A program made the translations under genes and the position numbers. Shown here piece by piece: positions 54,166-62,432 of a stretch of 64,000 nt of DNA. This stretch comes from Chlorobiota bacterium (GTDB taxonomy: Bacteria; Bacteroidota; Ignavibacteria; Tepidaquicellales; OLB5). The first letter of the stretch is position 1; every line of letters begins with the position of its first letter. Location of the stretch: the NCBI GenBank assembly GCA_022616535.1, contig JAKEEM010000009.1, forward strand, positions 11,353-75,352, in the 5' to 3' direction. Under the pieces are notes generated by a model. It was not told the DNA's origin, did not search any database, and worked only from the letters and a program-made list of their open reading frames with translations.

Positions 54166-57100
54166 ATGAAGAATCTATCGGTTCGTAAAATTATTTACGT
54201 AATCCTAATTAAGTTTACAGTTTTCGCACAGGTTTTATTTTCTCACAATGCAGAGATATTCATAGGAAATTTAGCAGGACCTGGCAACGATATTTGGGTA
54301 AAATTTTATCCTGTGCGTTCGCTTTTAAAGGGCCCTATAGATGTATATTCACCTGTGTATTACAGTATGAGTACAATATTATGGCCTTCAGGATGGGATA
54401 GACGGAATCCGCCAATACAAAATGACCTAAAATATATTATGGGCCTTGACGGCGTTGCATTACTTCATAGTGAAACGTATGGTTTTTGGCGACTGCCTTA
54501 TACTCCGACTTATGGCGAATATCTTTTCATTGGTTCCGATGCAGTACCTAATAATTACGCTGACGGAATTTTTGGACTTGGACATTATGTTTTAGAGTTA
54601 TATAACAACCCATTAAATGAGCCATTTGCAGTAATTCCTATTGATTGGCTCGACGAGCATTATATAAGAGCTCATCTTTATATAAGAAATGCAGATTTAA
54701 ATATCAAAGTTTATTCCTGGGACCCAGTTAATATTACATTTCAGTGGCTAGCAGGAGAAGGCGGGCAAGGAGATGAAATCTCCTTATGGCATCCGCTTCT
54801 GGATCCTAACGATATGGGTAAGATTAAAGTATACAGACAATATCATAGGTATAACGTTGCTTTAGAAAATTGGGAGGGAAATTTTTTTACACCCATAATA
54901 CCCGTCGCCCTTTCGGATAACGACCCCCTCTACAGAAAATATCCTCTAGATGCAACAGACCCCTATTTCGTACCTTCACCTTATACTGTGCCTAAACATG
55001 TTAATCCAGAACTGCTAAATGTAAACCTAGATATTCAGGCAGGTCATTGGTCTTATGTTAGATGCAGCAAGTCGTTCACTGTGACTGATGGTATAACTCT
55101 TAAACTTAAAAGTAATCCTAATACAAAATTCATAGTTGGTGACGTTCCAAATTATCCCGCTTGTGGTGCTGTATTTAACACCAGTGCTGGCAGCACCCTT
55201 CATCTTGAAGCAAATACAGAGCTTATTGTAGAGCAGGGTTGCACGTGGAATGACCTTTGCGGAGAAATCATCTTAGAACCCGGTTCTTGTATATTAATTC
55301 GTGGTACTTATAATCCTTGTAACACTATTGACCGTGTTATTTCAAACAGTTCGTTTCTTGTAATGGAGTCAGGTGGAGTATTAAATATACCTTCAAACAG
55401 AAAATTAATATTCGATGGTGCAGGCTCTTTTTTAAAAGTCCTCCCAGGCAACTGTCAGATAAAACTTGGTCAAGGAGCTTCTATCGAATTCAAAAATGGT
55501 GCATACATTGACACAAATGGCTGTACTTTTACTTCTCTCAACAGCGGTGATAAATGGAATGGCATTTTACTGGAAAATGCAGGAACACAATCAATAATAC
55601 AAAACTGCACTTTTAATGATTTTACAAATGGTGTTACTATTTCAAATTCCCAGGGCTATGAATCATGGCTAAAGGTTTTAAATTATAATACCTTTAATAT
55701 GCAGAACGGTCCCCCCATGGGCTGCACGGGTGTATCAGCTTTAAATGTATTCAATTTTACCGTTAGCGGGAATACATTTAACCTTGGCACAAATGAATAT
55801 AACTTGGGTTTATACATACAAAACAACACCGGACAAAGCGGAGGAGGAGCAGGACCGGGCTCATCTTACAGTCTTAACATTCTTAGTAACACTTTTAACG
55901 GCAGTGCAAACCCCTTAATGATAAACTGCCTTGCTTCAAGTCTTACACCATTTTTAATTAAAAGGAATATTTTTAATACAACTTACGGATATCCTTCCTA
56001 TGGTATTTTTGCTAATAAAATAACTGGAAATATCAAAAATAATTTCTTTAATGATTTAAACAGTAATCAGGCATTAACACTTCAGCAGTCTTCAGTAAAT
56101 TTATTTGATAATGTCTTTAAATCCACGTATAAAACAATTATACTACAATCTTCGTCTTATGGCCTAATGGTGCCCATTCAAAACCCGCAAGGACAGTGGG
56201 TATGGTACGGTGGCTATAATAAGCTTACAACTGACGTCTCAAACAATATCGATTTTACAAACGGTGTGGCTGTAATAAGCCCCAAAGGTTATAACTGTTT
56301 CAATGTCATTGCTCAGCCCAATTATCACTTAGTCGGTCAATCCTGTCAACCTTTTGCATATAATGCAGTTGAAAACTACTGGAGCCCTAACCCTCCATCA
56401 TTTGATATTGAGTGCAGTGGTTTCCCCTGGCCAGTTGTTTATGAGCCATACCTTTCTAATTGCCCATATTTTGTTAATCCTGCAGAGGACGGCATAATCG
56501 AAGACTTGGGCAATGGTATCTATGATACAATTTTTGTTACTTCAGGTGGTGAAGGCGGTTCCCACCCAAATACTATGCAAAAAACTACTTCAACAGACAG
56601 AATTTTATATTATGAAGCAATTACCAAGCGAAAACAAGGTGATTTCGCCGGTGCAATCTTAAAATGCAAAGAGCTGATTAACAGCCACGATACGAGTAAG
56701 TACTTCATGTCAGCAGTTGATGAGATTTATCTCAACTACCTTGAATCAGATACAACAAGTAACCAGAACATTACAAATGTTTTGTTTAATGCTTTGAAAA
56801 CGTACCTTGGGCAGAAAGTACAGCAGTACTCAGGCAACAATAGATTTATTGAAAAAGCTTACAAATATATTTTAATGTGTCTAGTTAAAACGGAAACTTA
56901 CAGTGAAGCAATTGCAGGATATGAAAACATTATGAACAATCATACTGACCCTGTAGTAAGGCTGAACGCAAATTGGGATAGAGGTGCCGTTGTATTCTTA
57001 ATGGGACAGGGTGGCGGTATAAGTGTTTTATCTGAAAAAAACTATGCAAAAAAAATGAAAAGACTTCTAGATAAGAATCCTGTACATAAAAAAGCTGAAG

Positions 57101-57564
57101 AAACATTTAAAGAAAGCAGGAATAACTACGAATCAGATAGGTCAAAATACACAAAAGAAGAAAAAGCAGAGCTAAACCGCAGAATCGAAAGATTTAACCC
57201 TGTAAGTAATGTTGAGCTTCAAAGCAAAATAATATCTGATATTAAATTATTAAATTTTTTAAATAACAAGCAATTAGAAAATGATGCTAGTGCTTTTGTT
57301 CCAAAACGCTTCAAGCTTCATCAGAATTATCCAAATCCTTTTAATCCTGTAACAACTATAAAATATGATATTCCTAAAGACAACTTTGTATTAATCAAAA
57401 TTTACGATTTACTTGGCAGGGAAATCTTTACGGAAAGTGAGTTCAAGAAAGCGGGTAGGTATGAAGTCAAATTCGATGGTTCTAATTTTGCATCGGGATT
57501 GTATTTCTATAAGTTTGAAGCGGGTAACTTTGTTGAAACCAAGAAAATGGTGCTAATAAAGTAG
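54166..57564 (+). CDS. large secreted protein: beta-helix-like repeats, an alpha-helical/TPR-like region and a T9SS CTD
   Basis: 1132 aa. Repeated N-x-F-N / NTFN segments suggest a parallel beta-helix. There is a helical region (YYEAITKRKQGDFAGAILKCKELI...). The CTD has NYPNPFNP...GLYFYKF...KKMVLIK. Confidence 0.6.
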   Translation: MKNLSVRKIIYVILIKFTVFAQVLFSHNAEIFIGNLAGPGNDIWVKFYPVRSLLKGPIDVYSPVYYSMSTILWPSGWDRRNPPIQNDLKYIMGLDGVALLHSETYGFWRLPYTPTYGEYLFIGSDAVPNNYADGIFGLGHYVLELYNNPLNEPFAVIPIDWLDEHYIRAHLYIRNADLNIKVYSWDPVNITFQWLAGEGGQGDEISLWHPLLDPNDMGKIKVYRQYHRYNVALENWEGNFFTPIIPVALSDNDPLYRKYPLDATDPYFVPSPYTVPKHVNPELLNVNLDIQAGHWSYVRCSKSFTVTDGITLKLKSNPNTKFIVGDVPNYPACGAVFNTSAGSTLHLEANTELIVEQGCTWNDLCGEIILEPGSCILIRGTYNPCNTIDRVISNSSFLVMESGGVLNIPSNRKLIFDGAGSFLKVLPGNCQIKLGQGASIEFKNGAYIDTNGCTFTSLNSGDKWNGILLENAGTQSIIQNCTFNDFTNGVTISNSQGYESWLKVLNYNTFNMQNGPPMGCTGVSALNVFNFTVSGNTFNLGTNEYNLGLYIQNNTGQSGGGAGPGSSYSLNILSNTFNGSANPLMINCLASSLTPFLIKRNIFNTTYGYPSYGIFANKITGNIKNNFFNDLNSNQALTLQQSSVNLFDNVFKSTYKTIILQSSSYGLMVPIQNPQGQWVWYGGYNKLTTDVSNNIDFTNGVAVISPKGYNCFNVIAQPNYHLVGQSCQPFAYNAVENYWSPNPPSFDIECSGFPWPVVYEPYLSNCPYFVNPAEDGIIEDLGNGIYDTIFVTSGGEGGSHPNTMQKTTSTDRILYYEAITKRKQGDFAGAILKCKELINSHDTSKYFMSAVDEIYLNYLESDTTSNQNITNVLFNALKTYLGQKVQQYSGNNRFIEKAYKYILMCLVKTETYSEAIAGYENIMNNHTDPVVRLNANWDRGAVVFLMGQGGGISVLSEKNYAKKMKRLLDKNPVHKKAEETFKESRNNYESDRSKYTKEEKAELNRRIERFNPVSNVELQSKIISDIKLLNFLNNKQLENDASAFVPKRFKLHQNYPNPFNPVTTIKYDIPKDNFVLIKIYDLLGREIFTESEFKKAGRYEVKFDGSNFASGLYFYKFEAGNFVETKKMVLIK

Positions 57565-57584
57565 AAACCATATTAAAGACAATC

Positions 57585-57610
57585 AAAAGGGGCTAACGCC
57601 CCTTTTCTTT
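57585..57610 (+). terminator. intrinsic terminator after the 1132-aa gene
   Basis: AAAAGGGGC-TAAC-GCCCCTTTT followed by CTTTT. Confidence 0.75.
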
Positions 57611-57803
57611 TGTCTAAATCTGCTATTTAGGTTAAATTCTCTTTTTCTTACATATCATAAAATTTAACTTTATATTGCTTTTTAAAACGGTGTAAGCTCC
57701 GCTCACCCCAAAAGCCTGCCCGTCCTCTGGCGGGTAAATCTGCTATTTAGAAAAATTGTCTCATATATGGGTTATTTCCTTTGTAACTGCCTTGAATTTT
57801 GGG

Positions 57804-57912
57804 TATATTTGTCTATCCCGTGAGATATTTTTGAAGAAATTCGTTTAATTTTTATATTTCTCACGGGTTTAAACTTGCATTGTAAAATAACAGGTAAATT
57901 ATCTCACGGGAT
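57804..57912 (+). promoter_or_regulatory. TATATTTG -7 motif followed by a leader carrying a 13-bp perfect inverted repeat plus a third motif copy
   Basis: -7 motif at 57804-57811. ATCCCGTGAGATA (57815-57827) and TATCTCACGGGAT (57900-57912) are inverted copies, with TCTCACGGG also at 57859-57867. The ATG is at 57930. Confidence 0.5.
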
Positions 57913-57929
57913 AAAAAGAAAGGTTTCTA

Positions 57930-58955
57930 ATGCTTAAATCTTTGGCTCTAAAACTAATAACTTCGGGTATGCTCATTTATATGGTTGGAATCAGCTGCGG
58001 CGATAAAAAAGACGGCACAAACGGAAAAGATGATAAAACTTCCGATTTGATTAAAAAAGACAGCATTAGCGGGAAGGATATGGTTCAGCTTAAATATGTG
58101 GTTAAAAAAGGCGATAAGTTTGCCTACAGGATGTTGGCCAAAACATCGAATATGGAAAAATCACCCGCAACCGAGGATAAGGAAATTAAACAGGATAACG
58201 AAATCAACTATTATTACACAAAAGAGGTAACCGATGTCGACGGCTCAGGTATAATCAGCTGCAAGGTTAATTTTGATTCTATAACCATAAGCTCACAAAT
58301 GGTGGAGCAGAGCATTAAGTACAACTCAAACGTTAATGACAGCATAAAACAGAATCCCGCGTTTATGCAGTATAATGCAGTGATTAATAATCCGTTTTTC
58401 ATCAGGGTTAAGTCAAACGGGGAAATTTCCGAAGTATACGGGCTTGAGAAGATTTATGAACATCTTTTTAAATCACTTGGCGATACTTTGAAGGAAGAAG
58501 ACAAGCAGACAATTAAAGAGTCATTTGGCGAGGAATCGATTAAGGAAATACTCCAGCAGGAGTATCAGACCTGTCCCGCAGAGCCGGTTGTTGTAGATTC
58601 AAGCTGGATTAAATCTTACACAACGGCGGTTTTATTTTTTGAAGTCCTTAACAATGCCAAATATACTTTAAAAAGTATTGAGGATAAAGACGGGCAGAAG
58701 ATTGCAAATATCGAGGCTGTTCTGAATGTGGAGTTTAAAAACAAGGAAGCCAAAGAACGCGGTATGAAAGTATCTATACAGGATTCGGAGACTTCGGGGA
58801 GCGGAAAAATTTCCGTGAACCTCTCACGCGGCTGCGTTTCAAGTAAGGAAACTACAACCACGTTAAGGCTCGATTTAAAGCTCTCGGCCGGGGGCCAGTC
58901 AGCTAATTCAGTTCAGGGTGTGACAACTAACCTGACAGTAACACTGTTGAATTGA
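57930..58955 (+). CDS. hypothetical lipoprotein
   Basis: 341 aa. Lipobox MVGISC. No family recognised. Confidence 0.5.
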   Translation: MLKSLALKLITSGMLIYMVGISCGDKKDGTNGKDDKTSDLIKKDSISGKDMVQLKYVVKKGDKFAYRMLAKTSNMEKSPATEDKEIKQDNEINYYYTKEVTDVDGSGIISCKVNFDSITISSQMVEQSIKYNSNVNDSIKQNPAFMQYNAVINNPFFIRVKSNGEISEVYGLEKIYEHLFKSLGDTLKEEDKQTIKESFGEESIKEILQQEYQTCPAEPVVVDSSWIKSYTTAVLFFEVLNNAKYTLKSIEDKDGQKIANIEAVLNVEFKNKEAKERGMKVSIQDSETSGSGKISVNLSRGCVSSKETTTTLRLDLKLSAGGQSANSVQGVTTNLTVTLLN

Positions 58956-59018
58956 TTTGTTCAACCCTGAGCGGAATGGTGAAGGAATTATGAATTAATT
59001 TTGCTCGTTACATCTGTT

Positions 59019-59058
59019 GAAAACCCATGATGTTAAGTGAAAACCCATGATGTTAAGC
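59019..59058 (+). repeat. 20-bp tandem duplication spanning the relA/spoT start codon
   Basis: GAAAACCCATGATGTTAAG(T/C) occurs twice head-to-tail. The first copy creates the mini-ORF ATG ATG TTA AGT GAA AAC CCA TGA, whose stop overlaps the relA ATG (ATGA). Confidence 0.85.
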
Positions 59059-61275
59059 AGCTTATATAAAAGGAAATTAGAGGAGCTTCTTGCAGTTTGC
59101 AGGAAAAACCTGCCCGAATGCAACGAAAAGCTTATCTCCGATGCGTTTAAGTTCAGTCTAAACGCACACCGTATGGATAAACGCGCATCTGGAGAGCCGT
59201 TTATTGTCCACCCCTTTGAGGTTGCTGCAATCATTGCCCGCGAAATGCCTTTGGACGACGTTACCGTTGCAAGCGGTCTGCTGCACGATGTAATCGAAGA
59301 CACGAAGTTCACTTATGAAGATGTTAAAGCTGAGTTCGGCGAAACTATTGCAGAGATTGTCGACGGCGCAACAAAAATAGAGGGGATGTTTGAAAACTAC
59401 GAAACCAAGCAGGTTGAAAACTACCGCAAAATGCTCCTTTCGATGTCAAACGATATCCGTGTTATTCTGGTTAAATTTGCCGACAGACTTCACAATATGC
59501 GGACGCTTGAATACCTCAATCCCGAGCGGCAGGTGAGAATGGCGCGCGAAACTATGGAAATATATGCGCCGCTTGCGCACAGGCTCGGATTATCGAGAGT
59601 GAAAATCGAATATGAAGACCTTGCATTCAAATATCTCGACAGACAATTCTATAAGGAAATTTCCAAAAAAGTTATTGCAAAGAAGAAGGAAAGGGAGTCA
59701 TACGTCAATAAATTCATCCAGCCCGTTGAGGAAGCGATGGATAATGAGGGGCTTAAGTATGAAATTTCCGGCAGAGCAAAGCACCTTTACAGCATAGCAA
59801 AGAAAATGATTTCGCGCGGCAAATCATTTGAGGAAATTTACGATTTGTTTGCGGTCAGAATAATTCTTGATACTGACGACAGAAACGACTGCTTTACGGT
59901 TTACGGGCTTGCTTCGGAAATTTATATTCCGGTACCGGAGAGATTTAAGGATTACATTTCGCTTCCCAAGCAAAACGGCTACCAGTCAATTCACACTACC
60001 TTAATTGGACCAGAAGGAAAAATGGTGGAGGTGCAGATTAGAACAAGGGATATGCATGAAGTCGCCGAAAAAGGCGTTGCCGCCCACTGGAAATATAAGG
60101 AAAACATACACACCAACGATAAGCAGATGGAGGATTGGATTAGCTGGATAAGGGAATTATTCGACAGCACAACGAAGGAATCCACCCCGGGGCAGATTAT
60201 CGAAGGGCTTAAGCTTAATCTTTACCAGGACGAGATTTATTTATTCACACCTAAAGGCGATTTAAAAATCCTGCCGGTTAATTCAACCCCGGTGGATTTC
60301 GCATTTGATATTCACACCGAAGTTGGTTACAGGTGCATAGGTGCAAAGGTAAACGGAAAAATCGTTCCGCTTGATTCAAAGCTTAAAAGCGGCGACCAGG
60401 TTGAAATCATCACGTCCAAAATTAAAAAACCGCACCAGGACTGGGAAAATTTTGTTGTCACCCATAAAGCAAAATCGGATATTCACAAGTTCTTTAACCT
60501 TGAACGAAGGAAATTGATTGAAGCAGGCAAGGAAATGTGGGAAAAGAAAATTAAAAAGAACAAATTCTCTCTTTCAGAGGACGAGCTGATTAAGCTTGTG
60601 CCGAGGCTTAAATTTGAAAGCGTTCAGCATATTTACACAGCAATTTCGGAAGAAAAAATTACAACCGATGAGCTTTATGAAATTGTTAAGGATAGAAATA
60701 AGCTTTTAAACGGTGAGCTGGAATCACCCTGGGTAAAACCCGTGGAAAGAAATATTTATGCTAAAATCAAGGAGGCTGAGCCGAGTCTTTTTGAAACATA
60801 TATTAAAAGCGCCCGTTCTACCAAAAATAAAATTATAGCTGAAGGCGATGTTAAGGATTTGATGTTTTCTTACGCAAACTGCTGTAATCCAATTCCGGGT
60901 GAGGATATTATCGGCTATATTTCCAAAACCGAAGGGATAAAAATTCATAAAAAATCATGTAAAAATCTTTCTAATTTGTTTCTATCCGACCCGCAGAGAC
61001 TTATCGACGTTCAATGGCCTGAGCAGGTGGAGGACGAGTTCTTCGTCGGCATAAAAATTAACGGTGAAGACCGCCCCGGTATGCTGAACGAAATAACAAA
61101 TGTTATATCAACTTATAATAATACAAATATTAAAAGTGTTAACATTTCATCCAAAGGCACGCTGTTTGACGGCACTGTTATATTAATGGTAAAAAACATT
61201 ACACACTTAAACGAATTAATAGAAAAAATAAAAACCATTCACGGCGTGTTTGACGTAAAACGGTTTGAAGAATAA
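59047..61275 (+). CDS. relA: bifunctional (p)ppGpp synthetase/hydrolase RelA/SpoT family
   Basis: 742 aa. HD hydrolase domain (HPFEVAAI...LLHDVIEDT), synthetase domain (RAKHLYSIAKKM...GYQSIHT), then TGS and ACT domains. Confidence 0.9.
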   Translation: MMLSSLYKRKLEELLAVCRKNLPECNEKLISDAFKFSLNAHRMDKRASGEPFIVHPFEVAAIIAREMPLDDVTVASGLLHDVIEDTKFTYEDVKAEFGETIAEIVDGATKIEGMFENYETKQVENYRKMLLSMSNDIRVILVKFADRLHNMRTLEYLNPERQVRMARETMEIYAPLAHRLGLSRVKIEYEDLAFKYLDRQFYKEISKKVIAKKKERESYVNKFIQPVEEAMDNEGLKYEISGRAKHLYSIAKKMISRGKSFEEIYDLFAVRIILDTDDRNDCFTVYGLASEIYIPVPERFKDYISLPKQNGYQSIHTTLIGPEGKMVEVQIRTRDMHEVAEKGVAAHWKYKENIHTNDKQMEDWISWIRELFDSTTKESTPGQIIEGLKLNLYQDEIYLFTPKGDLKILPVNSTPVDFAFDIHTEVGYRCIGAKVNGKIVPLDSKLKSGDQVEIITSKIKKPHQDWENFVVTHKAKSDIHKFFNLERRKLIEAGKEMWEKKIKKNKFSLSEDELIKLVPRLKFESVQHIYTAISEEKITTDELYEIVKDRNKLLNGELESPWVKPVERNIYAKIKEAEPSLFETYIKSARSTKNKIIAEGDVKDLMFSYANCCNPIPGEDIIGYISKTEGIKIHKKSCKNLSNLFLSDPQRLIDVQWPEQVEDEFFVGIKINGEDRPGMLNEITNVISTYNNTNIKSVNISSKGTLFDGTVILMVKNITHLNELIEKIKTIHGVFDVKRFEE

Positions 61276-61294
61276 TCCATATAAAAAGCAAAAA

Positions 61295-62392
61295 ATGAAA
61301 AGTAAAACGGAGTTATTCCTTATTATAATATTTGTATTTTTTTTATCACTAACTTTAAATAACTCAATAATTGTAGAAAAAAAAGCTGGTGATGATGTTA
61401 CATCACCGGCTGATACACTGGTTTATCCGGGTGAAAAGCATTTTAAAAACCTGAAAATGCTGACTAACGGCGGCGAAAACGCCGAGGCGTATTTCTCATT
61501 CGATGGCTCGAAGATTATATTCCAGTCAACACGCCCGCCTTATGAGTGTGACCAGATTTTTACGATGAATCTTGAAGGTTCGGATGTAACTTTAATCAGC
61601 ACAGGCAAGGGCAGAACTACGTGCTCTTATTTCTATCCGGGCGGAAAAAAGGTTTTATACGCTTCAACGCATCCCGGCGGAGATAACTGTCCTACCAAAC
61701 CTGACTTTTCCAAAGGTTACGTATGGGCTTTGTATGACACTTACGATATTTTTACCGCCAATGCTGACGGCTCGAATCTGACTCAGCTTACAAACATAAA
61801 AGGTTACGACGCAGAGGCGACAATTTCACCAAAAGGCGATAGAATCGTCTTTACATCAACCCGTGACAGAGATATTGAGCTTTACTCAATGAATCTCGAC
61901 GGAACCGACGTAAATCGCCTTACTAATATCCCCGGTTATGACGGGGGAGCGTATTATTCATATGACGGCAGTATGATTGTATTCCGCGCATCGAGATTTG
62001 ATAATGAAAAGGACTTGAAGGATTACCAGGATTTGCTTGCCGAGGGATTAATCCGCCCATCGAAGCTTGAGATTTATGTTATGAGCTCTGACGGCTCTGA
62101 TATAAGACGGGTGACAAATAACGGAAAAGCCAATTTTGGTCCTTACTTCTTTCCGGACGGCAAAAGAATTATTTTTGCCTCCAATATGGATGACCCAAAG
62201 GGAAGGAATTTTGATTTATATATGATTAACGTCGAGGGCACCGGACTCGAAAGAATCACCTATAACGAGACATTCGACGGCTTCCCGATGTTTTCGCTTC
62301 ACGACGGGGGCAAGAAGTTCGTATTCTGCTCTAACCGTTTCAATGCAAAGCAAGGCGAAACAAACGTTTTCATCTGCGATTGGGCGGAATAG
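61295..62392 (+). CDS. PD40/TolB-like beta-propeller repeat protein
   Basis: Signal/TM N-terminus and repeated PD40 units (SFDGSKIIFQS, SPKGDRIVFTS, SYDGSMIVFRA, FPDGKRIIFAS). I prefer ATG 61295 to the TTG at 61265 in the track, which overlaps the relA stop. Confidence 0.75.
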   Translation: MKSKTELFLIIIFVFFLSLTLNNSIIVEKKAGDDVTSPADTLVYPGEKHFKNLKMLTNGGENAEAYFSFDGSKIIFQSTRPPYECDQIFTMNLEGSDVTLISTGKGRTTCSYFYPGGKKVLYASTHPGGDNCPTKPDFSKGYVWALYDTYDIFTANADGSNLTQLTNIKGYDAEATISPKGDRIVFTSTRDRDIELYSMNLDGTDVNRLTNIPGYDGGAYYSYDGSMIVFRASRFDNEKDLKDYQDLLAEGLIRPSKLEIYVMSSDGSDIRRVTNNGKANFGPYFFPDGKRIIFASNMDDPKGRNFDLYMINVEGTGLERITYNETFDGFPMFSLHDGGKKFVFCSNRFNAKQGETNVFICDWAE

Positions 62393-62432
62393 TTAATTTA
62401 CAATTGTCAATTTACAATTATCAATAAAACCA

